Positions 39,672 to 55,400 of a stretch of DNA of 64,000 bases are shown here, piece by piece. Position 1 is the stretch's first letter. The number at the start of each line of letters is the position of its first letter. This DNA comes from the human T2T-CHM13v2.0 reference genome, Homo sapiens. A model generated the notes under the pieces. That model saw only the letters and a list, made by a program, of their open reading frames with translations. It made no database searches and was not told the origin of the DNA. The translations under genes and the position numbers were made by a program. The stretch lies in assembly GCF_009914755.1 (NCBI RefSeq), contig NC_060930.1; one strand, written 5' to 3'.

Positions 39672-42600
39672 GAAACTGAATATACACATTAAAATATTAA
39701 AACAATTCTTCTTTAAGTAATTTAATTAAGTCACATTTGCCAGTTTTTCATAAACTCAATGGTCTCTTAGCAATACTTCCCATAATGAATCAGCTTCAAG
39801 AGTTTCAAAATAGCATCATGGGAATGTGGTGTCCTCTTCATTTGCAAAGTTAAAAGAAAGTCTGCCATTTGTAGAGTGCAAGAAGGGACAATGTGGCAAT
39901 TAGTCATCACAGTTGATGAATCTGAAGAATTCAAAATTCTTGAATCTGGGTAAGTCTGGTCTTTGTATGCAGAAACAGAAGCAGGTAACATATAAATATA
40001 CATTCAATATGTGATCTATCTGACAGATAATACAATAGCCAAGAAGAGTATTTTATGATATAATTAACAGTGTTATTTTTCATCTAGCTGTGCTTCCATG
40101 TTAATCCAGATGTTTTGCTGCTGTTCATCTTTGTCACAGAGAGAAGCCCAATAATAACAAATTCAAGTGATGTTATTATCTTTCTTAATAGATCAGAGGC
40201 CTCTTCTGAGTCTTATACTGTAATCAAACAGAGAACAAACATCTGGATTTAATTTTCACCCTTCTCGTGAGATAATAAACAGCACAGTCCAAGGAAATTT
40301 ACTGTTTCTTTAATAATTTCAATACTACAAATTCACAGGAGAGAAAAATTATCGTTCTGAATGTATTAAAAACACTAAATCCAGCCCCTTGAGTCCTCAA
40401 ATGATCACCAATTTTAAAATGGACAAGCCACTGGCTAATAATGACTACACAAGCCTGCCAAGGAAAACATCACTGCAGGCTGCTCTAGTAAGTGCTTGGA
40501 ATACAGAGGAAGAATGCTCTTTGTGCAGTACTATTTGGATCTACTTATCTGATGGCATTAGGTTATCACACACCCACAGGGCTTTCCAGAATTCCTCCCA
40601 CTTCCCGCCCTTGACATGCTGAGCAGTCCTACATTGGTGACACTATCAGATCAAAGAACTAAAAATGTCTTTGGTTCCCAAAGGAATAACGACAAAAGAA
40701 CAATAAATGCTTGGAATTAGTGCTGTGGACACTCTGTCTACGAGAGCCAGATACATCAGGGTTTTTTGCCTAATTTTTAGATAAACATGGATAAATTGTG
40801 AAAAGTTGAAAGAGGCTTGGTCAATTCCTTTGGTAAGAATCCCAAACTACTGACTATAAAACTGCTCATTATGTAACTAAAATTCTGCTGCCTTTCTATA
40901 GTAAGAATTAAAATCCATTGGCCAGATTCATTTGAGTCAAGTGTATTCAAGGGTATTATTTTCTTTACATTGCTATGTCTTCTATTGTTTACTTATCCTA
41001 CAAAAGCAATGGCATTATGAAATCATATACGTATCCTATAGCATAGAAAGTCAGACACAAACACTCTAACAAGGTGCTACAAGTCAATAGATGAAGATGA
41101 ACTACATGAAATGATATCTGGTAGGTGAAATGTAGAAGATGAGGTAACTGGAGACACAAGAACTACCTGGAAGGTAAAAGGTACGACTTGGGTTGAACCA
41201 AAAAATAATGTGAGACCTGAAGAGATTCAGTAAATTCTATAAAATGTCTCCCCTTTAGTGCCAACAAGAGCCAGCAAAGTCCAGTAATACTCATCAGGAC
41301 TGACGACTCCATTAAATGCAGTAGCAGTTGACAAGCCCTATGACTTCACATATAGTATGTAACAAAGGCGAACAGTTTAACAGGAGGATAGCTCTGATAC
41401 GGCACAAACCTCAGAAGAGGTGACGAAACAAAACAACAGATGGCGAGAGGCTAAGGAACAGTTGCCATGACCCAGGTGAGAAGGAACTGAGAGTCCAAAC
41501 AGATCTCACCTATGCATGGCTTTCTTTTAGACACTGGGGTATAAAATGTATAATCCAAACAATACTTTTTACTCAAATGGCTGGTAAAGGGTGATAATTT
41601 TTTTTAAAAAGCTCACAATTTTAAAATTGTTCCTATTTTTTTAAAAAGCAAACAGAAACCTTTCTTTTTGGCATCTTCTCCTTTGTCTTACATAGAAACT
41701 TAAGTGCAGAATTTTAAGGCTGATTACGGATGAGTAGAAGCTATGGTAACTTTTTTCCCTTGGGGTTGAAGTATCTGTTTGCTGGCAAATAATGCAAAAA
41801 AGAAACAAATGGATCTGCTGAAAATCTACTTCTGTATTTCTCTCTTAACTAATGACAATCATTTAGCTCCAATTTTCATGTTCATGTTTCCCTTTCTTCT
41901 TGGCTTTGCTTCAGGTCTAAATTTTCCTTGATGTTCAGAGAAACGAAGAGATGGGAAAGAATTGGGGTCACTGGAGGAAAGTTTTCCTCTAGATGGCTCT
42001 TTATTTTATAAAGAATAAAAGAGATACAGTCAGAAAATTTTTCAGTAATTCAGAATATGAATGTATGCACTGTGAAATTAAAAACTCTTACTTAAATGAA
42101 ACTACGGTAAAAATGATATTTTAGTAAAGAACTAAATGTCCAGTGAAGGTCTGAACAAACAGTTTCATCTTTTCTAGATGGGAAACATGCTGTGATTCTT
42201 CCCACGTATTTACAATGTCTTAAAGTTGCAAGCTTAAAATCAGACAATCTGGGAAGATCACTTTCCAAATCTAACAAAACAGCAAAAGAAACTTCTCCCT
42301 CTGAGAAGTGAGGAAGCTTTGCTCATTCAAATGGATATGGGATATATGCTAAATGGTTTACACCAAGCTAGGGAGCAGCCATTCAAATCAAAAGCAGAAA
42401 CATTGGTAGAGTTCAACAGTGAGTCAAGTCAAATGCCTAAAAATAGGAAGCAAAGCATTTGATAATTACTGGGAGACAAGATTTATATATGATGTGATCA
42501 TTGTCAAGGCCATGATCAATAGTAGACCTGGCTAGGCATAGGGTTAATTTAATTGAAGAAATTGAGGTTCACCTAATCCATGGGTTAATAAATATATTTT

Positions 42601-43337
42601 AGGCAAACCAAAGAAGAAGGAACAATAGGCTGAGGTTGACATTTAATTGGCAATGCCATCGAGATATCTGGTAGGGCAAAAAAGGCAAATACAAGACAGC
42701 CCAGTGTCGCCTACACAAGGTGAGGAAACTTCGCAGCAGGATTAGAATGTGGATGCCTAACTTTTCCAATATACAAAGAACCCAGGCAGGCTGCTATCCT
42801 GCTGAACAGGTATGGGTAAAAATGAAGTTCAGGCCATAGGCAGGAGGAGCCCTTAAACACCCACAGAAAACACGACAAACCATCATTGAAACGCTTGCAG
42901 AATCACTAGACTTAGCAATAGTTCTGGGAATCTAACCGGAGTTGCAGTTTGAATGGAAGTTAAGTGTCATTGAGAGGACTGGTTCCTAAGATGAGATCCC
43001 AGCAGTAGATGAAATGAGAACATCTAAACAGGAGTGAGGAGAATGTCCACTCATTACTGATTCCATATACTCAGAAGTAGGCTGTGTGTAAAAAGTGACA
43101 CCTGCCTTTGAAATTCATCCCCGGGGTTCACCTGGCCATTCTCATCTTGCCTACCCACATGCTGCTTGTCCTGGATGGTCTTGCCCCTGGGTCTCCACTC
43201 ATTTTGATCCAGTGCCTGTGCTCCTTTGATGCCAAAGTCAGGAGCTTGGAGATAAGTTACCTAATGCATCTTCTGTACTCTCCTCTCTGCCTCCATCCCA
43301 ATTTCCTCAACCCTCAGCTTGAGAAAGACTTGGATAT

Positions 43338-43759
43338 TGATATGGGTTAAGTTGTGCCACCTCCACCCACTGCCACCACCAAATTCATCTGTTGAAGTTC
43401 TAACCTCCAGGACTTCAGAATGTGACCTTATTTAGAGATAAAAGTCTTTCAAGTTCAAGTAAGCTCATTAGGGTGGGCCCTAATCTACGATAACTAGTGT
43501 CCTCAGAAAGAGGGGAAATTTGGACACAGAAATACCCATAGGAAGACAATATGAAGAAGAGATAGGAAGAAGACAGCCATCTACAAACCAGGGAGAGAGG
43601 CTTGGAACAGATCCTTCCCTCCCAACCCTCAGAAGGAGTCACCCTACTGAAATCTTGATTTTGGACTTCTAGCTTCTAGAACCAAGAGACAATGCATTTC
43701 CATTGTTCAAGCCACCCAGTTATGGTACTTTAATATGACCATCCTAGCAAGGTAACACA
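43338..43759 (+). mobile_element. MLT1 (B/C-like) LTR
   Basis: aaattcatctgttgaagttctaacc...agaatgtgaccttattt...agccacccagttatggtacttt...taacaca. Confidence 0.85.
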
Positions 43760-44815
43760 GGTACATCTGCACAAAGTGAAGAATGAAGGTGATGTTAATT
43801 AGTACTTTCCACAGGCCCATGTTACTCAATTCTTCATTTAAACAAAATGCCTCTGATTATATGTGTTTTTGTTATTTTCAATCCTTTCTGGAACAAGTAG
43901 GGTATAAATACAGATTTCTTGTGATCTGAAACTAGACCCACAGTTGCTTCCTCTTTTTATTCATACCTGTTGAGTTTTAAGTAGCTACTATTCATAGAAA
44001 GAAGGAAAAAAGAAAGAAAAAAGGGAGAGGGAGAGGAAAAGGAGGGAGAGACATAACAAAAATTGATGAAGGTGTGTGTGTGCCTTTCTGAGGCAGCAGG
44101 AAAGAGAAGTTCTCCTGTAAGAGCTGGCTTAAATGGAGAGGTGCCCCTTTTGTGGCATTTCAAGGAAAGACAAACAAGCCATACCCATAAAATGAAGAAA
44201 AGAACAGGAGGAGCATATATGAGCCAGACCAGGGTGGAGAAGCAGCACCAGGGGTCAACCAGGGCAGAGGATCTGTGAATTTCAGACTCAGATCACTAGC
44301 CTGCAGGTGAAATAATCATTGCCAGGAACATGAGACAGGACTTTAGCTTCTTGGGGCCCATTTCTTTGAAGATTTCTCCCAACTTCTCACTCTCACTCAC
44401 AGCACAAGTTGATGAGGCTGAGCACTGAGGCAGTTGCTGGGTGATTCAAGCAACAGGAAAATTAACTCCAGTATGCCTATATATTACATCAGAGTTGAGG
44501 GAGACTTTTTTGGCCTCCCTCCCTGATTTCCACGCCATATTCTGCAACATAATGACTAAATTTGGCTTTAACATATCACAGGTGGTTATTTTGCAAAAAT
44601 GAGTTTACACGATTTTAAACGAAAATGCTATGGACTGTTCTGTCCTTAGCCCCAGGATGATAAGTCTGATCAAAGGAAATGAAGCCACATCTCCTGACAT
44701 AAGTTTCCTTTCAGAACTTCCCATGCAAGTTGGGGGATGTGGATGTGACAGGAGGTATTCTGTTTCTGGGTTAGGTAGTTCTGGGTTAGGTAGTTTGGCT
44801 GCATTTGAAGAAAAT

Positions 44816-45475
44816 GGTTGGAGACTTTATTTGAAAATATTCCATAGTAATGGAAAAGTTATGCAAATTCATCTCCCTATTCTATATCTAGAATACATAT
44901 GTATATATGTTCTAGAATATATAGATATGTATATCTATACATACATATATATGTGGATTATTTAAGCCCAGGAATTCAAGGGTTATATAAACTCATCTCT
45001 CTATTTATTTTATATACATATATAGAGAGTATATATATATATAGATATACTATCTATATATACATATATGTATAGATAGATAGATATACTATCTATCTAT
45101 ACATGCATGTATAGATAGATATACTATCTATCTATACATGCATGTATAGATAGATATACTATCTATCTATACATGCATGTATAGATAGATATACTATCTA
45201 TCTATACATGCATGTATAGATAGATATACTATCTATATATACATATATGTATATGTATATAGATATACTTTCTATATAGATATAAATATGTATATCTCTA
45301 TATCTGTATCTATATCTGTATATATACATATGTATATCTATATCTAGAACATATATATGTATGTATGTTCATATATGTATGTTCATATATGTATATATGT
45401 TCTAGATATAAAAGAGTGATGAGTTTGCATAAATTTTCCATTACTATGGAATATTTTCAGATAAAGTCTCCAACC
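44816..45475. repeat. Foldback: about 77-bp inverted arms (44816-44893 / 45400-45475) around a TA-rich centre
   Basis: Core arms 44816-44873 and 45418-45475 are 55/58 reverse-complement identical. Confidence 0.95.
45081..45236. repeat. 35-bp minisatellite of palindromic units (4 full copies plus a partial)
   Basis: Unit tagatatactatctatctatacatgcatgtataga at 45081, 45116, 45151 and 45186. Confidence 0.96.
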
Positions 45476-45482
45476 CTTTATA

Positions 45483-45520
45483 TGTGTGTGTGTGTGTGTG
45501 TGTATGTGTGTGTGTGTGTA
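45483..45520. repeat. (TG)n microsatellite
   Basis: Direct reading. Confidence 0.93.
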
Positions 45521-45621
45521 TGTAGTGGTATTGGGAAGGGATTATCACTTTATTCTTTATACTGTTCTATGTTGGTTGAATTTTAAGGAACTTGCATTAC
45601 TATATAATCTGAGGAAATTAA

Positions 45622-45955
<334 letters not shown>

Positions 45956-45965
45956 TAGAAATCTA

Positions 45966-46268
<303 letters not shown>

Positions 46269-46269
46269 A

Positions 46270-46362
<93 letters not shown>

Positions 46363-46450
46363 AGGGAGGGAGGGAGGGAGGGAGGAAAGAAGGAAGGAAG
46401 GAAGGAAGGAAGGAAGGAAGGAAGGAAGGAAGGAAGGAGAAAGGAAAAAA
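46269..46450. repeat. Compound polypurine STR (GAAA)n(GA)n(GGGA)n(GGAA)n
   Basis: About 180 nt of uninterrupted purines derived from the Alu tail. Confidence 0.97.
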
Positions 46451-47844
46451 TTCTATTAATGGTTAATGCCATTAATAGAATTCTAAAAAATAACAACTAT
46501 ATTTTATAAAGAATATCTCTGCTTAAAATACAGAAACCTTACTAGTTTTCCACTTGAACTTATTTCTCATCTAAAGAAGCAATGATGAAATCTTGTATCT
46601 TCCAGGCATCACATTTTCTACGTTAAATTATTAAATAGCTAACTAGGAATGAAGAAATAAAAAATGGAATCATGTTTCCCCTCTTAAATCAGAAACAAAA
46701 GCTACTGGTACTTCAAAGTACTGATTGTCCTTGAGATGTAAAGGGAGTGTCTAATGTTCCACATCAATAATCTGACCCACATCAGAAGCTATTTTGGATA
46801 ACAGGAAATAGTTATCTTTATCAAACATATAAAAGTTCACATTAATATGTGGCTGATTGTAAAGCGACCCTGCCAAGAAGAAATGCATTAGAGCATTTCA
46901 GTCTGGTGACCTGTACTTGAGGCTGAGTCAACACTTCCATGATACAACTTCATCTTTGAGGCTTCAATAACTGAGCCAATTAAAACCAATTCCAGGTTAA
47001 AACTCTACACATAGCTTTCTGGGCAGAAAGGCTCTTTTTATAGAAACAATTTTACTTTTCTAAATGCACATCTTTAAAGGTATTTTTATAGCTGTGATTA
47101 AGGCTTGGTGTTTTTGCTAATTTAAAAAGGTATTTTTTTTCTTTTTCTTGGATGTGTATGTGTTCATTAGAGTATTGCTTGGTTTTAAATAAAATAGGCG
47201 GAGTATGTTATTCAAGTAGTTCATACCTTCCCAAAGCCAAAGTTAAAATATTAAGTTCAGGAAAGTAATAATCAACAACTATTCTTCCTAAATGTCTTGG
47301 ACATGAAACCAGAGCCAATTTCCCCTAGGATAATGTAGAGTATGTTAACATTACAAATCTGTGGTTTAAATACCCTCCATGTTCACAGTCTGTGGCTTGG
47401 CAGTGCTTGGAGAGAAAAAGCCACAGTTTGTTGTCTGTGACCCAGTGGCCATCTGTAGTGTGGCAAGAAGGGGATCTCATTGGCATTTCTGTCATAATGT
47501 GGCCTAGTTCCTAAAACCTGGCATGAGGATTAAAGTGATGAAGGGCCAGGGTCCAAGCCGGAGATGAAGCATAGCAGTACACAGGGAGACTCTGGGGGCT
47601 ACCCGGCATTAGCCCAGGAAGGACCTAAACCAGCTTCCAAAGAGTCCACTGCCCCCTGTCCAGAGCAACTCACTGCAAAATTCTTCAAGGGCAAAATTGT
47701 GGTTACAACTTGATCGTAACTTTACAGTTCCTGAAGGCCCAGGACATAGCTGTCAGTTGCAGAGTTAGAATCTTACCTTTAACAGTATCTGGACCACAGG
47801 AGATGCTCAATTTATATGTGTCATAGGAATAAAGTGTCTACTAA

Positions 47845-48589
<745 letters not shown>

Positions 48590-48726
48590 GAATGTCCTTA
48601 TTTTTTTAACCAATAGCCTGATAGTTAAAATTTACTAGTTCATGTGACTACAGTGAGTAAGGAAGTCCTATAGAAAAGTGTTTGCAAGAGCCCTTCTGAA
48701 GCAACAGAAAAAAACTGATGTCAAGA

Positions 48727-49491
48727 TTTTTTTTTTTCATGTTTGTTGGCCAACATCACGGATCATTAGAGAAATGCAAATCAAAAACACAATGAGATAT
48801 CATCTCATGCCAGTCAGAATGCTGATTGTTAAAAAGTCAAGAAACAACAGATGCTGGCAAGGCTGTGGAGAAATAGGAACGCTTTTACACTGTTGGTGGG
48901 AGTGTAAATTAGTTCACCATGTGGAAGACAGTGTGGTGATTCCTCAAGGAATCAGAAATACCATTTGACCCAACAATCCCATTACTGGGTATATACCCAA
49001 AGGATCCTAAATCATTCTATTATCAAGATACATGCACACATATATTTATTGCAGCACTATTTACAATAGCAAAGACATAGAACCAACCCAGATGCCCATC
49101 AGTGATAGACTGGATAAAGAAAATGTGGTACATATACACCATGGAATGCTATACAGCCATAAAAAGAAATGAGATCATGTCCTTTGCAGGGATATGAATG
49201 AAGCTGGAAGCCATCATCCTCAGCAAACTAACACAGGAACAGAAAACCAAACACTGCCTGTTGTCACTCATAAGTGGGAGCTGAACAATGAAAACACACG
49301 GACACAGGGAGAGGAACAACACACACTGGGGCCTGTTGAGGGGTGAGAGGCAAGGGGAGGGAACCTAGATGATGGGTTAATAGGTACAGAAGACCACCAT
49401 GGCACATGTATCCCTACGTAAAAACCTGCACATTTGGCACATGTATACTGGAACTTAAAATAAATAAAAAATAAAAATAAATAATAAAAAA
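48727..49491 (+). mobile_element. L1PA (about PA8-PA10) 3' fragment with a tiny 5' inversion
   Basis: ORF2 C-terminus and 3' UTR with A-rich tail at 49457-49491. Confidence 0.9.
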
Positions 49492-49958
49492 CATTAAAGT
49501 GATGAACTAAAGTGTGTGCGCTCTCTTGCTTGCTTGCTCTCTCTCTTCAAAGGCACATAATGGACAAGGTGAATTCACTAATATCCATTCAGTAAATATT
49601 TAGTGACTATTCACCTCATTTTGCAAAGTTGAAAAAGATACTGGCTATGGCCTCAATAGCTCTAACTATTTATAATAAGTGCTCTAATTACAGGTAAATG
49701 TAGTGTTCATAATTTTATATAAATTAAGCACACACAAAATATTAGTTATGCTTTTCAACTCAGAAGAGAGCTAAAAAGGCCATGTTTCTTAATGAAGTAT
49801 ATATTTTTTATCACAAGGGAAAATGCTTACAATTTCATAACTCTGGAGAGGGTCAGACACTCTAGAATCCAGTCCTATTTTGCCTTAACTAAATGCTTGA
49901 CTTTGTACCCGTCAATCTTTAGGAACCTCAGTTACTTGTCTTTAAAAATTGGAGTTAG

Positions 49959-50479
<521 letters not shown>

Positions 50480-51336
50480 TCACCTCGGAAGTGCAAGGGG
50501 TTGGGGGATTTCCCTTTCTTAGCCAAGGGAAGCCATGATAGACTGTACCTGGAAAAACAGGACACTCTCGCCCAAATACTGCACTTTTCTCAAGGTCTTA
50601 GCAACCAGAAGACAAGGAGATTCTCTCCTGAGGCTGGCTCAGCAGGTCCCACACTCACAGAGCCTTGCTCACTGCTAGTGCACCAGTCTGAGATTGAACT
50701 GTGAGGCAGCAGCCTGGCTGGAGGAGGAGTGTTCGCCATTGCTGAGGCTTGACTAGGTAAACAAAGTGACTGGGAAGTTCAAACTGGGTAGAGCCCACAC
50801 AGGTCAGCAAGACCTACTGCCTCTGTAGACTCCACCTCTGTGGGCAGGGCATAGCTGAATAAAAGGCAGCAGACAGCTTCTACAGACTTAAATGTCCCTG
50901 TCTAACAGCACTGAAGACAGCGGTGGTTCTCCCAGCACGGCGTTTGAGCTCTGAGAAAGGACAGACTGTCTCCTCAAGTGGGTCCCTGACCCCCATGTAG
51001 CCTAACTGGGATACACCTCCCAGTAGGGGCCAACAGACACCTCATATAGGCAGGTCTATATGGGGATGAAGTTTCCAGGGGAACGATCAGGCAGCAATAT
51101 TTGCTCTTCTGCAATATTTGCTGTTCTCCAGCCTCCGCTGGTAAAACCCAAGCAAACAGGGTCTGGAGTGGACCTCCAGCAAACTCCAACAGACCTGTAG
51201 CTGAGGGACCTGACTGTTGGAAGGAAAACTAACAAACAGAAAGGAACAGCACCAGCATTAACAAAAAGGACATCTACAGCAAAATCCCATCTGTAGGTCA
51301 CCAACATCAAAGACAAAGGTAGATAAAACCACAAAG

Positions 51337-52360
51337 ATGGGGAGAAACCAGAGCAGAAAACCTGAAAATTCTAAACACCAGAGTGCCTCTTCTCTTCCAA
51401 AGGATCACAGCTCCTCGCCAGCAATGGAACAAAGCTGGACAGAGAATGACTTTGGCAAGTTAACAGAGTAGGCTTCAGAAGGTTGGTAATAACAAACTTC
51501 TCCAAGCTAAAGGAGCATGTTCAAACCCATCGCAAGGAAGCTAAAAACCTTGAAAAAAGATTAGATGAATGGCTAACTAGAATAAACAGTGTAGAGATGA
51601 CCTTAAATGACCTGAAGGAGCTGAAAACCATGGCATGAGAACTTCGAGATGCATACACAAGTTTCAATAGCCGATTCGATCAAGTGGAAGAAAGAGTATC
51701 AGTAATTGAAGATCAAATTAATGAAATTAAGTGAGAAGACAAGGTTAGAGAAAAAAAAGTAAAAAGAAATGAGCAAAGCCTACAAAAATAGGGGACTATG
51801 TGATAAGACCAAATCTACGTTTGATTGGTGTACCTGAAAGTGATGGGGAGAATGGAACCAAGTTGGAAAACACTCTTCAGGATATTATCCAGGAGAACTT
51901 ACCCAACCTAGCAAGGCAGGCCAACATTCAAATACAAGAAGTTCATAGAACACCACAAAGATACTCCTCGAGAAGAGCAACCCCAAGATACATAATTGTC
52001 AGATTCAGCAAGGTTGAAATGAAGGAAAAATGGTAAGGGCAGCCAGAGAGAAAGGTCGGGTTACCCATAAAGGGAAGCCCATCAGACTAACAGTGGATCT
52101 CTCAGCAGAAACCCTACCAGCCAGAAGAGAGTGGGGGCCAATATTCAACATTCTTAAAGAAAAGAATTTTCAACCCAGAATTTCATATCCAGCCAAACTA
52201 ATCTTCATAAGTTAAGGAGAAATAAAATCCTTCACAGACAAGCAAATGCTGAGAGATTTTTGTCACCATCAGGCCTGCCTTACAAGAGCTCATGAAGGAA
52301 GCACTAAACATGGAAAGAAACAATCGCTACCAGCCACTGTAAAAACATGCCAAATTGTAA
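51337..52360 (+). pseudogene. L1 ORF1p remnant (stops and frameshifts)
   Basis: ATG at 51337 and terminal aaattgtaa. Track peptides RPNLRLIGVPESDGENGTKLENTL and EKNFQPRISYPAKL. Confidence 0.92.
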
Positions 52361-52423
52361 AGACCATTGATGCTATGAAGAAACTGCATCAGTTAGCAGG
52401 CAAAATAACCAGCTAACATCATA

Positions 52424-55400
52424 ATGACATGATCAAATTCACACATAACAATATTAACCTTAAATGTAAATTGGCTAAATGCCTCAATTAAAAGATACAG
52501 ACTCACAAATTGGATAAAGAGTCAAGACCCATCAGTGTGCTGTATTCAGGAGACCCATCTCACGTGCAGAGACACACATAGGCTCAAAATAAAGGGATGG
52601 AGGAAGATCTACCAAGCAAATGGAAAGCAAAAAAAAGCAGGAGTTGCAATCCTAGTTCCTGATAAAACAGACTTTAAACCAACAAAGATCAAAGGAGACA
52701 AAGAAGGTCATTACATAATGGTAAAGGGATCAATTCAACAAGAAGAGCTAACTATCCTAAATATATATGCACCCAATACAGGAGCACCCAGATTCATAAA
52801 GCAAGTCCTTAGAGACCTACAAAGAGACTTAGACTCCCAGAGAATAATAATGGGAAACTTTAACACCCCACTGTCAACATTAGACAGATCAATGAGACAG
52901 AAGGTTAACAAGGATATCCAGGAATTGAACTCAGCTCTGCACCAAGGAGACCTAATAGACATCTACAGAACTCTCCACCCCAAATCAACAGAATATACAT
53001 TCTTCTCAGCACTACATAGCACTTATTCTAAAATTGACCACATAATTGGAAGTAAAGCACTCCTCAGCAAATGTAAAAGAACAGAAATCACAACAAACTG
53101 TCTCTCAGACCACAGTGCAATCAAATTAGAACTCAGGATTAAGAAACTCACTCAAAACCTCACAACTACGTGGAAACTGAACAACCTGCTCCTGAATGAC
53201 TGCTGGGTAAATAACAAAATGAAGGCAGAAATAAAGATGTTCTTTGAAATCAATGAGAACAAAGACACAGCGTACCAGAATCTCTGGGACACATTTAAAG
53301 CAGTGTGTAGAGGGAAATTTTTAGCACTAAATGCCCACAGAGAAAGCAGGAAAGATCTAAAATGGACACCCTAACATCACAATTAAAAGAACTAGAGAAA
53401 CAAGAGCAAATAAATTCAAAAGCAAGCAGAAGGCAAGAAATAACTAAGATCAGAGCAGAACTGGAAGAGATAGGGAAACAAAAAGCCCTTCAAAAAATCA
53501 ATGAATCTAACAGCTGGTTTTTTGAAAGGATCAACAAAATTGATAGACTGCTAGCAAGACTAATAAATAAGAAAAGAGACAAGAATCAAATAGATGCAAT
53601 AAAAAATGATAAAGGGGATATCACCACAGATCCCACAGAAATACAAACTATAATCAGAGAATACTATAAACACCTCTATGCAAATAAACTAGAAAATCTA
53701 GAAGAAATGGATAAATTCCTGGACACATACATCCTCCCAAGACTAAATCAGGAAGAAGCTGAATCCCTGAATAGACCAATAACAGGCTCTGAAATTGAGG
53801 CAATAATTAATGGCCTACCAACCAAAAAAAGTCCAGGACCAGAAATGGATTCGCAGCTGAATTCTACCAGAAGTACAAAGGGGAGCTGGTACCATTCCTT
53901 TTGAAACTATTCCAGTCAATAGAAAAAGAGTGAATCCTCCCTAACTCATTTTATGAGTCTGGGATCATCCTGATACCAAAGCCTGGCAGAGACACACAGA
54001 AAAAAGAATTTTAGACCAATATCCCTGATGAACATCGATGTGAAAATCCTCAGTAAAATACTGGCAAACCGAATCCAACATCCCATCAAAAAGCTTATCC
54101 ACCATGATCAAGCTGGCTTCACCCCTGGGATGCAAGGCTGATTGAACATATGCAAATCAGTAAACATAATCCATTATGTAAACAGAACCAATGACAAAAA
54201 CCACATGATTATCTCAATAGATGCAGAAAAGGCCTTTGACAAAATTCAACAGTGCTTCATGCTAAAAAATCTCAATAAACTAGGTATTGAGGGAACATAT
54301 CTCAAAATAATAAGAGCTATTTATGACAAGCCCACAGCCAATATCATACTGAATGGGCAAAAACTGGAAGCATTCCCTTTGAAAACCGGCACAAGACAAG
54401 GATGCCCTCTCTCACCACTCCTATTCAACATAGTGTTGGAAGTTCTGGCCAGGGCACTCATTGAAGAGAAAGAAACAAAGGATATTCAATTAGGAAAAGA
54501 GGAAGTCAAATTGTCCCTGTTTGCAGATGACATGATTGTATATTTAGAAAACCCCATCATCTCAGCCCCAAATCTCCTTAAGCTGATAAGCAACTTCAGC
54601 AGAGTCTCAGGATTACAAAATCAATGTGCAAAAGTCACAAGCATTCCTATAAACCAACAACAGACAAACAGAGAGCCAAATCATAAGTGAACTCCCATTC
54701 CCAATTGCTACAAAGAGAATAAAATACCTAGGAATCCAACTTACAAGGGATGTGAAGGACGTCTTCAAGGAGAACTACAAACCACTGCTCAACAATATAA
54801 AAGAGGACACAAACAAATGGAAGAACATTCCATGCTCATGGATAGGTAGAATCAATATTGTGAAAATGGCCATACTGCCCAAGGTAATTAATAGATTCAA
54901 TGCTACCAATAACTTTCTCCACAGAATTGAAAAAAACTACTTTAAAGTTTATATGGAACCAAAATAGAGCCCACATTGCCAAGAAAATCCTAAGCAAAAA
55001 GAACAAAGCTGGAGGCATCATGCTACCTGACTTCAAACTATACTACAAGGCCACAGTAACCAAAGCAGCATAGTACTGGTACCAAAACAGATATATAGAG
55101 CAATGGAACAGAACAGAGCCCTCAGAAATAACACCACACATCTACAACCATCTGATCTTTGACAAACCTGACAGAAACAAGAAATGGGGAAAGGATTTCC
55201 TATTTAACAAATGGTGCTGGGAAAACTGGCTAGCCATAGATAGAAAGCTGAAACTGGATCCCCTCCTTACACCTTATACAAAAATTAATTCAAGATGGAT
55301 TATAGACTTAAATGTTAGACTTAAAACCACAGAAACCCTAGAAGAAAGCCTAGGCAATACCATTCAGGACATAGGCATGGGCAAGGACTTCATGACTAAA

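Noticed and set aside
42400-43030. Possible CR1/L3 relic (gcaaagcatttgataa, KAFD-like); similar hint at 35570-35760
   Set aside because: Too degenerate to call without a profile search.
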